A stretch of 20,000 nucleotides of DNA from an uncultured virus (IMG/VR IMGVR_UViG_3300033141_001794) (IMGVR_UViG_3300033141_001794); one strand, 5' to 3'. Positions 10,230 to 17,111 are shown, counted from the stretch's first letter. Program-made: numbers and translations. Notes: generated by a model not told the origin, from the letters alone.

Positions 10230-10337
10230 GAGCCGGAAGGTAGCGCAGCGGAGCGCAAGGGCTTTCCCTGGTTTGGGAGTATCTTGCTCGTTCAAATCGA
10301 GGCAAGAGGGCCTGTCCGTAGCTTTCCGGCTCTTTTT
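10230..10337 (+). ncRNA. Candidate structured RNA with tRNA-like D-arm and T-loop elements
   Basis: Closing helix GAGCCGGAAG/TTTCCGGCTC followed by a T-run; inner GCGC-AGCGGA-GCGC, TCCC-N6-GGGA and TCTTGCTCG-TTCAAAT-CGAGGCAAGA. Confidence 0.4.
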
Positions 10338-10361
10338 AATTAACCCTATCAAGGAGTTGTT

Positions 10362-10550
10362 ATGGAAACAGTAAGATTAATAGTTTGTTCAAATGTTAGC
10401 GGAGAAGAAGAGACAATGACATTTACAGACGATTTTGAAGTAAGTTCTGAAGATTATTGCTCGTCCGGTCAAACAGTAGATATTGACAAAAAAATTGAAA
10501 TGGATGTTCCTTCAGGCTTTCCAATGAATCATACTTTTGTAAGGAATTAA
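10362..10550 (+). CDS. Hypothetical acidic protein
   Basis: AAGGAG RBS, ATG start. Confidence 0.6.
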   Translation: METVRLIVCSNVSGEEETMTFTDDFEVSSEDYCSSGQTVDIDKKIEMDVPSGFPMNHTFVRN

Positions 10551-10631
10551 TTGAAACGCAGCGCAGACCTCTTAGCAATAGCGATAGTATTGGGATTGAT
10601 AGCACTTACCCTCATTATCATTTATTTATAA
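10551..10631 (+). CDS. 26-aa single-pass membrane peptide, absent from the ORF track
   Basis: AAGGA RBS and TTG start; MKRSADLLAIAIVLGLIALTLIIIYL fills the gap exactly. Confidence 0.5.
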   Translation: MKRSADLLAIAIVLGLIALTLIIIYL

Positions 10632-10641
10632 AGGAGATCAC

Positions 10642-10872
10642 ATGGCAGACTCGTTAGGCATTACACTCAAGAAGGAACTGTTAATCGACATGGCCAAAGC
10701 TCGCAGCGGGGAGATATTGCCCTGCACAGCTCGGAAGACTTTAGACAATTGTTTCACAACCAGTCCAGAAGGCGTTTTATTTCTTTGGTATGTTGAAGCG
10801 GAATCCAAAACCACTCGCCTTATAAGCGAGAATACTGATATTAACGAGTATTTAACAAAGGAGGCACAATGA
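10642..10872 (+). CDS. Hypothetical protein
   Basis: AAGGAG RBS; overlaps the erf start. Confidence 0.7.
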   Translation: MADSLGITLKKELLIDMAKARSGEILPCTARKTLDNCFTTSPEGVLFLWYVEAESKTTRLISENTDINEYLTKEAQ

Positions 10873-11612
10873 TGAAAAAAGACCTGGTTCCTCAGAACGA
10901 GCAGGCACCAGTAACCGCAGTTAATTCACCAGCTGACATAATGCAGTTAGCTATGAACAAGGACCTTGATCTGGACCGCATTGAGAAGATGCTTGAACTC
11001 CAGACCAAGTATGAAGAGCGTGAGGCAAAGAAGGCCTATACACAGGCCATGGCTAACTTTAAAGCCAATCCTCCGGAAATATCCAAGGATAAGAATGTCC
11101 AATATCAAACTTCAAAGGGACAGACAAATTATAGCCATGCTACCCTTGGGAATGTAACCCAGAAGATTAACCAAGCTCTTGCCGGTCACGATCTTTCTGC
11201 AGGGTGGAAAACAGAGCAGGATAAGGATAATATCACAATTACCTGTACAATAACTCATGCTCTTGGACATAGCGAAAGCACTTCCCTGTCGGCTGGTGCT
11301 GACACTTCTGGAGGGAAAAACAGTATCCAGGCCGTAGGGTCCACAATCACATATCTGGAAAGATATACTCTTCTTGCCCTCACCGGTCTTGCTACCCATG
11401 ATCAGGACGATGATGGCCGGGGAAGTGAAGGTGAAGGCCTTGTTTATATCACAGACAATCAGAAGTCTACTATTGTGGATATGATTGCAGACACTTCGGC
11501 CAATGAAGCAAGGTTCTTAAAATATCTCGGTGCAGAATCGATTGATACTATTCCGGCCACATTTTATAACAGGGCTATTAAGGCATTGGAAGTTAAAAAG
11601 GAGCAGGCATGA
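10869..11612 (+). CDS. erf: Erf-family single-strand annealing protein
   Basis: Erf signature CTITHALGHSES...KNSIQAVGSTITYLERYTLLALTGLA...DDDG; AAGGAGG RBS. Confidence 0.9.
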   Translation: MMKKDLVPQNEQAPVTAVNSPADIMQLAMNKDLDLDRIEKMLELQTKYEEREAKKAYTQAMANFKANPPEISKDKNVQYQTSKGQTNYSHATLGNVTQKINQALAGHDLSAGWKTEQDKDNITITCTITHALGHSESTSLSAGADTSGGKNSIQAVGSTITYLERYTLLALTGLATHDQDDDGRGSEGEGLVYITDNQKSTIVDMIADTSANEARFLKYLGAESIDTIPATFYNRAIKALEVKKEQA

Positions 11613-12214
11613 TAATCGTAGAAGGAATTAAGCAAAACAGTCTGGAATGGTACGCTCTTAAGCTCGGCATTCCCAGTGCTTCCAGCTTTGACAAGATAAT
11701 TACAACCAAGGGAGTTGTATCAAAGACGCGAGCGAAGTATCTGTATAAACTGGCTGGCGAGGTTGTAACTGGTGAGCGTGAGGAGGGATATAACAATTCC
11801 AATATGGATCGAGGCCATGAGCGCGAAGAAGAGTCCAGAAATGCCTATGAGCTCATTAAAGATGTTGAGGTGGAACAGGTAGGCTTTGTCTATTTTGATG
11901 AAAAGAAAGACATTGGCTGTTCTCCTGATGGCCTTGTGGGTGAAGATGGAGGATTCGAGACAAAGGACGCTCTTCCTCATGTTCATCTTGATCGATTAGA
12001 GAATGGCTGGTCAGAGTCACAGCATTTTCAGCAGGTCCAGGGAAGTCTTTATGTTACTGGCCGGAAGTGGTGGGACCTTGTAAGTTATTCCAGAGGGTTC
12101 AAGCCTTTAATCATCAGGTTTGAACGTGACGAGGAGTTTATTAAGAAGTTAGCTGTTGAACTCCGCTTATTCAATAACAACTTAAAAGATGTCGTTAAAA
12201 AGTATTCTGTATAG
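11609..12214 (+). CDS. YqaJ/lambda-exonuclease-family nuclease
   Basis: QNSLEW..LKLGIPSAS, MDRGHERE, CSPDGLV, FETK and QVQG motifs; ATGA-coupled to erf. Confidence 0.9.
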   Translation: MIIVEGIKQNSLEWYALKLGIPSASSFDKIITTKGVVSKTRAKYLYKLAGEVVTGEREEGYNNSNMDRGHEREEESRNAYELIKDVEVEQVGFVYFDEKKDIGCSPDGLVGEDGGFETKDALPHVHLDRLENGWSESQHFQQVQGSLYVTGRKWWDLVSYSRGFKPLIIRFERDEEFIKKLAVELRLFNNNLKDVVKKYSV

Positions 12215-12222
12215 GAGATATT

Positions 12223-13053
12223 ATGGAAACCACTGAACTCATGACTATTAACCAGGAGAACGCTCTTGAAGTATTTACCGGAGACAAGCTGCCGGAATAT
12301 TTAAAAGCTATTAAGGAAGATGCTTTAAACTTTGTTGCAGATCCTGATACTGCTACTGGGAGAAAGCAGATAGCATCAAAAGCCCACTCTATTGCAAAAG
12401 AGAAGGTCCGTATAGATAATATTGGCAAGGTCCTGGTGGCTGACTGGAAAGCAAAGAGTTATATGGTTGATGAAGCCAGGAAGAAGACCCGGGATTTTAT
12501 GGACGATGTTAAAAAGGAGGTTCGCCTGCCATTGACCGAGTATGAGGATGCTAAGAAAGCGGTAGAAGAAGCAGAGCGCCAAGCTATCAAGAAGGAGATG
12601 GAATGGGAAGAGGCCCTGGTTGAAGATGATTTCTTTAACCGGAAAAAGGAGGTTGAGCGCAAAGAGGCTGAGTTGAAAGCCCAGGAAGAAGAGCGTCTTG
12701 CTAAAGAGAAGGCTCTCCAGGCAGAGATTGATCAGAAGAACCGTGAAGAGAGGATAAAACTGGAAGCCAAAGAGAAAGCGGAACGCGAAGCAGCTGATAA
12801 GATTGAGGCACTAAAGCAGGTCCAGCGTGACAAGGTAGCAAAGGAACTCGCTGAGAAAGAGCGCATTGAGGAAGAGAAGCGGGAGGCCCAGAGACTTGCT
12901 GATCGGAAAGCTGCTAACCTGAATCACCAGCGGAAGATCAACCGGGAAGCGCTCGAGGGCTTTGTTGACCATGGCCTTACAGAAGAGCTTGCTAAAAACA
13001 TCATTACCCTGATAGCCAAGGGTGAAATCAAACACATTTCTATTAAGTATTAA
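12223..13053 (+). CDS. Coiled-coil phage protein, E/K/A-rich
   Basis: AGGAG RBS; long charged helical region. Confidence 0.75.
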   Translation: METTELMTINQENALEVFTGDKLPEYLKAIKEDALNFVADPDTATGRKQIASKAHSIAKEKVRIDNIGKVLVADWKAKSYMVDEARKKTRDFMDDVKKEVRLPLTEYEDAKKAVEEAERQAIKKEMEWEEALVEDDFFNRKKEVERKEAELKAQEEERLAKEKALQAEIDQKNREERIKLEAKEKAEREAADKIEALKQVQRDKVAKELAEKERIEEEKREAQRLADRKAANLNHQRKINREALEGFVDHGLTEELAKNIITLIAKGEIKHISIKY

Positions 13054-13056
13054 AGG

Positions 13057-13281
13057 ATGGGTGATATGGGAGACATGGCAGATTTGATGTTAGATGGTAC
13101 AATGTGTTCGGTATGCGGAGTGTATCTGGGTAGTGACGCTGACTACCCTCAAATGTGTGCAGATTGCGAAAAAGAAGAGAAGGAGGCTCGCGCAGAGGAC
13201 CAACACGATGAAACCAGGAAGCCTGCTAACCTGACATGGAACAGAGAAACCGGAAAGTATGAGTCTGCAAATGCCAAATAG
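13057..13281 (+). CDS. Small zinc-finger-like protein
   Basis: CSVC...CADC. Confidence 0.65.
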   Translation: MGDMGDMADLMLDGTMCSVCGVYLGSDADYPQMCADCEKEEKEARAEDQHDETRKPANLTWNRETGKYESANAK

Positions 13282-13525
13282 AACCCTGTATCCCTGCACC
13301 TGTAACGGCTTTGAGAATAATCCTTATTGCGTCTTCCATTATTCAAAGGAAACCAGAATAAGAATATCACCAGTGATTCAGGGATTAAAAGATCAATATC
13401 AATTTAATCACCAGGAAGCTTATGAGAGAGGTGTTGAATTAATTTGTAACGAATTGAAACAGGAAGAAAAAGAACGTAAGCTATTGATAGAAAGAAAGTA
13501 CTATAATTCACTTAAAGTTGCTTAA
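13259..13525 (+). CDS. Hypothetical protein
   Basis: CTC..CVFH motif; overlaps the previous gene; start uncertain. Confidence 0.55.
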   Translation: MSLQMPNRTLYPCTCNGFENNPYCVFHYSKETRIRISPVIQGLKDQYQFNHQEAYERGVELICNELKQEEKERKLLIERKYYNSLKVA

Positions 13526-13603
13526 AAAGAATGTGAGTGCGTATAGCGACTTGTTGTATGACATTATGAGAATCTTTAAATTGTAAAAAGGAGGTTTTGC
13601 TAT

Positions 13604-13912
13604 ATGGAATACCAAATAGTAGTTGAAAGTGACCCGTTTAGAATGGCAGAGTGCGTAAATGATATGTGTAAAGATGGGTGGATGCCGGTAGGTTCGCACC
13701 ACGTTGCTTTTGAGCCTGGTCAAATATGGTATTACTCACAAGCGGTAGTCCGCAAAACTCCTAACACTAAGGAAGCTTTACAAAACGACACACAACAACT
13801 ACAGGCTAAAATTGCCGATTGTGCATTGGTGATTGAAAATAGTGAAAAGGGGCTTGGAAGTATCACGAAAGGTGCAATTGCACACAGGCTTCGGCAACTA
13901 TCAGCCGTGTAG
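13604..13912 (+). CDS. Cassette 1: DUF1737-like protein
   Basis: MEYQIV...VNDMCKDGWMPVG...YSQAVV pattern; AAGGAGG RBS; the stop lies in the hairpin right arm. Confidence 0.6.
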   Translation: MEYQIVVESDPFRMAECVNDMCKDGWMPVGSHHVAFEPGQIWYYSQAVVRKTPNTKEALQNDTQQLQAKIADCALVIENSEKGLGSITKGAIAHRLRQLSAV

Positions 13913-13923
13913 GAACGTTGTCG
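13787..13923 (+). repeat. attC-like site S1
   Basis: CAAC-AA-CTACA-GGCT-AAAA-TTGCCGA ... TCGGCAA-CTATC-AGCC-[G]-TGTAG-GAAC-GTTG. Confidence 0.8.
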
Positions 13924-13987
13924 ATCAATCCCGCTGGGGTTGGGCAGCACGATTTTAATTGTAGTTTAACGAATTGGAGGCTAAATT

Positions 13988-14284
13988 ATGGGAGTATCGG
14001 GTAAAAGTGTAAAGAAGTTTTCAGAAGGAAATTTAGCTATTACAAATGGCGTTCATTTAGACAGCGACTATAAACATGTTTTTTTTGACATAACTGAATG
14101 TGATGATAAGAAGGTTAAGCTAAAAAGTCACTGGAATAGTACTGAGTTTAATTGTGTAATAGAAACTGATACTTTTGGCGAACATACAACAATTAAACAG
14201 ACTTCTGAGGTAGAAAAATTTCTTTTTCATATAAAGTCAAAAAAATTTAAGGTAAGACCGATGAAAGGTGACAGGATTGGATAA
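13988..14284 (+). CDS. Cassette 2: hypothetical protein
   Basis: GGAGG RBS, ATG start. Confidence 0.65.
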   Translation: MGVSGKSVKKFSEGNLAITNGVHLDSDYKHVFFDITECDDKKVKLKSHWNSTEFNCVIETDTFGEHTTIKQTSEVEKFLFHIKSKKFKVRPMKGDRIG

Positions 14285-14428
14285 CAATTCGTTAAAGGAA
14301 AAAGCAAATTGAACGTCACAATGGAAAAAATAACCAGCGGGCACGCGGATGTTAAACACCGCTTTAATCGACAACGCCCTCTTACAAACCGATTGAGAGC
14401 TTGTCTAATGTCCACTCCAGCCGGACAG

Positions 14429-14503
14429 CCGACAACAATCTTAGGGGAAAATATCAGGACGAAAAGAAGCCCTGACACGTTCCCCCGTAAGAGGGCGTTG
14501 CAG
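14429..14503 (+). repeat. attC-like site S2
   Basis: CAAC-AA-TCTTA-GGGGAA-AATA-TCAGG ... CCTGA-CACG-TTCCCC-[CG]-TAAGA-GGGC-GTTG. Confidence 0.75.
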
Positions 14504-14564
14504 GAAATTAAACCGCTAAGAGCATAATTGTAGTTTGGCTCATTAGCAGAAAAGGATTGTAAAA

Positions 14565-14873
14565 ATGGAAATTGATTACGGAAATGGAAAAACTAAATAT
14601 GGGCCTGGTGTGCAAATAGAATTAAGCGGCGGCGAGGTGGCAATTGCAATAGACACATATTTAACAGCACACAATGTATATATATCCGGCCCCAGAACTA
14701 TTACAGTAAACAATGAGCTGTGTAAAATTGGGAGTGTCTATGTTGATCCATCTGGGTTTGCAATTGCTAATGGTATAAAATATAGTGGTAGAGGTTCAAG
14801 CCTTCGCCAAAAGAGAATTAAGGAAAACGCGGTTGAACATCCTGCAACACCGAAAGGCCAAAATGACAAGTAA
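14565..14873 (+). CDS. Cassette 3: hypothetical protein
   Basis: AAAGGA RBS; the stop lies in the S3 loop. Confidence 0.7.
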   Translation: MEIDYGNGKTKYGPGVQIELSGGEVAIAIDTYLTAHNVYISGPRTITVNNELCKIGSVYVDPSGFAIANGIKYSGRGSSLRQKRIKENAVEHPATPKGQNDK

Positions 14874-14899
14874 CTTCGGCCATTCCGGGAACGTTGTCG
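14840..14899 (+). repeat. attC-like site S3 (shortest)
   Basis: CAAC-A-CCGAAA-GGCC ... GGCC-[A]-TTCCGG-GAAC-GTTG. Confidence 0.75.
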
Positions 14900-14944
14900 G
14901 AAATACCGAATCGATTGTAAATTGGGTGATAAACGGAGGTTAAA

Positions 14945-15220
14945 ATGCAATTTTTAGACAAGTTGGGGTGGCCTGTTGAAAGAGTAAAGGGCAGGCCGGT
15001 GTTAAATTTTTTGCGGTTGTTAATTCACACCCGTAAAATTAAGCGGGGCAAGTTTGTTTACAAGCAGGAACCATCACCCAATGTAACTTGTGGAAATTCG
15101 GAACATACCGACAACAAGACACAGCCTAAAACTTCGGCTTTTGGTGATGCGGTTCGTAAACATGCCGAAAAAGAAGGAATTGATTTGGATGTTAAGCCTA
15201 AACAAATTTACGGTGGGTAG
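14945..15220 (+). CDS. Cassette 4: hypothetical basic protein
   Basis: GGAGGT RBS; the stop lies in the S4 loop. Confidence 0.65.
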   Translation: MQFLDKLGWPVERVKGRPVLNFLRLLIHTRKIKRGKFVYKQEPSPNVTCGNSEHTDNKTQPKTSAFGDAVRKHAEKEGIDLDVKPKQIYGG

Positions 15221-15252
15221 CCTTCGCATCAGGCGTGTGCAAGACGTTGGAG
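15108..15252 (+). repeat. attC-like site S4
   Basis: CAAC-AAGA-CACA-GCCT ... AGGC-[G]-TGTG-CAAGAC-GTTG. Confidence 0.7.
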
Positions 15253-15282
15253 TAAATTTTTTCTTTTGAGATTGGAGTTTTT

Positions 15283-15519
15283 ATGCGTGATAATGATATT
15301 GAAAGGTTAGACTATCACCTTAGTCGTAAAGAGTTTAAATCGCTCCGTTTTGTGTGGGATCGCATAAAAAAGGCTTTAAGCGGAAGCGAAAAAACTCCCA
15401 CCAACAACGACAGCCCAAAATTGCATTGTCCTAAGTGTGGCGCAACCGACAATATAGCACAATCGACAGAGGGGCATAAGTATCATTGTTTTAGGTGTGA
15501 TAATTACTGGAAAAAATAA
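15283..15519 (+). CDS. Cassette 5: protein with a C-terminal zinc ribbon
   Basis: GGAG RBS; CPKCG...CFRC. Confidence 0.7.
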   Translation: MRDNDIERLDYHLSRKEFKSLRFVWDRIKKALSGSEKTPTNNDSPKLHCPKCGATDNIAQSTEGHKYHCFRCDNYWKK

Positions 15520-15550
15520 TGCAACTGTCGGGCGTGTCTTGACGTTGTGA
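15399..15550 (+). repeat. attC-like site S5
   Basis: CAAC-AAC-GACA-GCCC-AAAA-TTGCATT ... AATGCAA-CTGTC-GGGC-[G]-TGTC-TTGAC-GTTG. Confidence 0.8.
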
Positions 15551-15583
15551 CGAAATTAATCCTTTAGAATATTGGAGTTGCGA

Positions 15584-15835
15584 ATGAAATTAAAAGAAGC
15601 TATGAAAACAATCGGGAGTTTGGTATCTGGTTGCGGTTATTCAAAGGATGTTGATGCGTATAATGTCATTCGCAAAGCATTAGAGGAAGCGGATGAACTG
15701 TCGCACAACACCGCCAGGGATGCCATCGCTTTCGTTGAACAGGTAAAAGGGTGTAGTAAGCGGGTGGCCGGTTCGAACAAAGTATTAGTTGCATTAATCA
15801 ATCAGGCTGCGGTCATAGCGCAACGGCACCCATAG
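15584..15835 (+). CDS. Cassette 6: hypothetical protein
   Basis: The GGAG RBS favours ATG 15584 over TTG 15572; the stop lies in the S6 right arm. Confidence 0.65.
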   Translation: MKLKEAMKTIGSLVSGCGYSKDVDAYNVIRKALEEADELSHNTARDAIAFVEQVKGCSKRVAGSNKVLVALINQAAVIAQRHP

Positions 15836-15850
15836 CGTAATCCGTTGTTT
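15703..15850 (+). repeat. attC-like site S6
   Basis: CAAC-AC-CGCCA-GGG-[A]-TGCC ... GGCA-CCC-[A]-TAGCG-TAATCC-GTTG. Confidence 0.75.
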
Positions 15851-15894
15851 TCAATTAACCGCCGATTATAGGTCGGCAGAAAGAAAGGTAACAG

Positions 15895-16437
15895 ATGGAT
15901 GATAAACAAACGTTAGTGGAGTCCGGCAAGCAGTTGACGGCAACTTTGCCAAATGATACGATGCGTATTATGAGCATTGCTATTGAAACCTTAGCCGTGG
16001 CAAGGGATAATTTAAAGAAACGTCTTGGCAACTGTAATGTTTCACAAATGGTTGCAGAAAGTGACGATAGATATTCTGCGATATTAACAGAACCTAATGG
16101 TAAAAAACATTTCTGGAAAAAGGACGGTTCTTATGATGGTAACGATAAGGAGTGCTCTGACGACATTTATAAGGAAGCGGTTAACACTGCGGAATTGAAA
16201 AACCAGATTATAGGGGTTATTAACCAGGCCGACAATCTAACAATTAAACAGATGCACGCAAATGTTGACAATATTTTCAATTCCTTGCCCTCACGGGAAA
16301 AACAACAAACGCAGCCTGCAATTAAGTTACTACAGGAGTTTTTGGAAGTTTACCAGTCGTGCGGAATATCAAGTGAATTAGCAAACTTTGCTGACAAGGT
16401 ACATAGTTTCGTAACTGAACAGCAGGCGGGTGCGTAA
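15895..16437 (+). CDS. Cassette 7: hypothetical protein
   Basis: AAAGGT RBS; the stop lies in the S7 right arm. Confidence 0.7.
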   Translation: MDDKQTLVESGKQLTATLPNDTMRIMSIAIETLAVARDNLKKRLGNCNVSQMVAESDDRYSAILTEPNGKKHFWKKDGSYDGNDKECSDDIYKEAVNTAELKNQIIGVINQADNLTIKQMHANVDNIFNSLPSREKQQTQPAIKLLQEFLEVYQSCGISSELANFADKVHSFVTEQQAGA

Positions 16438-16447
16438 TCCGTTGTCC
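16299..16447 (+). repeat. attC-like site S7
   Basis: CAAC-AA-ACGCA-GCCTGC..AGTTAC ... GTAACT..GCAGGC-[GGG]-TGCGT-AATCC-GTTG. Confidence 0.75.
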
Positions 16448-16474
16448 AAAATATTTAAAATTGGAGTGTTGTAA

Positions 16475-16726
16475 ATGGAAAATTTAACAAGGTATTGTTT
16501 ATTAAAAGGGGCGTTTGATGGATGTTCTTGCAAAATCGTTGAGGTAGACGATGGTGATTATACCAAATTTTCCGACATTAAGGATATTTTAAACAAATCG
16601 GACAACAAAGCTATGGACGCAATTATCGACAAAGTAGACGAATATATCAATAGCCATTGGGAGAGCGAAATGGTTGTTGAACGGCTTCGTTCTTTTGCTG
16701 CCTGGTGTCGACAACAGCGCCAGTAG
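16475..16726 (+). CDS. Cassette 8: hypothetical protein
   Basis: GGAG RBS; the stop lies in the S8 right arm. Confidence 0.7.
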   Translation: MENLTRYCLLKGAFDGCSCKIVEVDDGDYTKFSDIKDILNKSDNKAMDAIIDKVDEYINSHWESEMVVERLRSFAAWCRQQRQ

Positions 16727-16739
16727 CTAAACGTTGTAT
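16600..16739 (+). repeat. attC-like site S8
   Basis: CAAC-AA-AGCTA-TGG-[A]-CGC..TCGACA ... TGTCGA..GCG-CCA-[G]-TAGCT-AAAC-GTTG. Confidence 0.8.
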
Positions 16740-16770
16740 GCAATAAATTTTTTCAAAAAGGAGTTGTATA

Positions 16771-17091
16771 ATGGCCGAAAAATTATTACCATGTCCGTTT
16801 TGCGGGAAAAATCCAAAGGTTTTAGCAAGAGGTTCAATCATGTGTAGTAATGACAGTTGTTCGGCAGGCCCAATGGCTATGATGTCAATGTTTGCTTCTA
16901 AAAAGGCGTGTGTAAAAGGCTGGAATCATCGGCCACAAATTAAGGAAGAAAAAATTGACAACACACAACACACAAAGGCTACAATTGCTTTGGAGGACGT
17001 GGGTAAAATTTTAAAAAGTTATCCACGTGAAATTAACCCAAATTTTGCCGCAAACCTTATTGTTGAAATGGAAAAAAAGGCGCAACAATAG
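16771..17091 (+). CDS. Cassette 9: Lar-like (restriction alleviation family) zinc-binding protein
   Basis: LLPCPFCG...CSNDSC...KKACVKGWNHRP matches the Lar-family pattern; AAGGAG RBS. Confidence 0.7.
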   Translation: MAEKLLPCPFCGKNPKVLARGSIMCSNDSCSAGPMAMMSMFASKKACVKGWNHRPQIKEEKIDNTQHTKATIALEDVGKILKSYPREINPNFAANLIVEMEKKAQQ

Positions 17092-17111
17092 CCCTTTGCT
17101 GTACGTTGCAC
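16962..17111 (+). repeat. attC-like site S9
   Basis: CAAC-ACA-CAAA-GGCTA-CAA-TTGC ... GCAA-CAA-TAGCC-[C]-TTTG-CTGTAC-GTTG. Confidence 0.75.

Larger units (their letters stand above)
13553..17107 (+). mobile_element. Integron-like gene-cassette array (nine attC-like hairpin sites, no integrase in window)
   Basis: GTT cores at 13553, 13917, 14497, 14893, 15246, 15544, 15844, 16441, 16733 and 17105 delimit 292-597-bp units, each holding about one RBS-bearing ORF. Confidence 0.8.

Noticed and set aside
10232..10332. Canonical tRNA gene
   Set aside because: No pairing anticodon stem at the right position, wrong D-to-T arm spacing and no CCA end
10146..10343. 65-aa ORF
   Set aside because: It overlaps the RHH-like gene end and the structured GC-rich element; coding status is unresolved, so it was not called
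12223..13053. TolA or other named function for the coiled-coil protein
   Set aside because: The resemblance is only compositional (E/K/A-rich)
13484..13507. Pc-like promoter (TTGATA...TATAAT) ahead of the array
   Set aside because: The spacer is only 12 bp and there is no extended -10
14309..14527. 72-aa ORF crossing site S2
   Set aside because: It reads through the cassette boundary at 14497, has no recognisable motif and is probably spurious
13787..17111. Hairpins as intrinsic terminators or CRISPR repeats
   Set aside because: Loops are mostly very long, stems lack adjacent U-tracts, sequences are not identical, and the spacing is gene-sized
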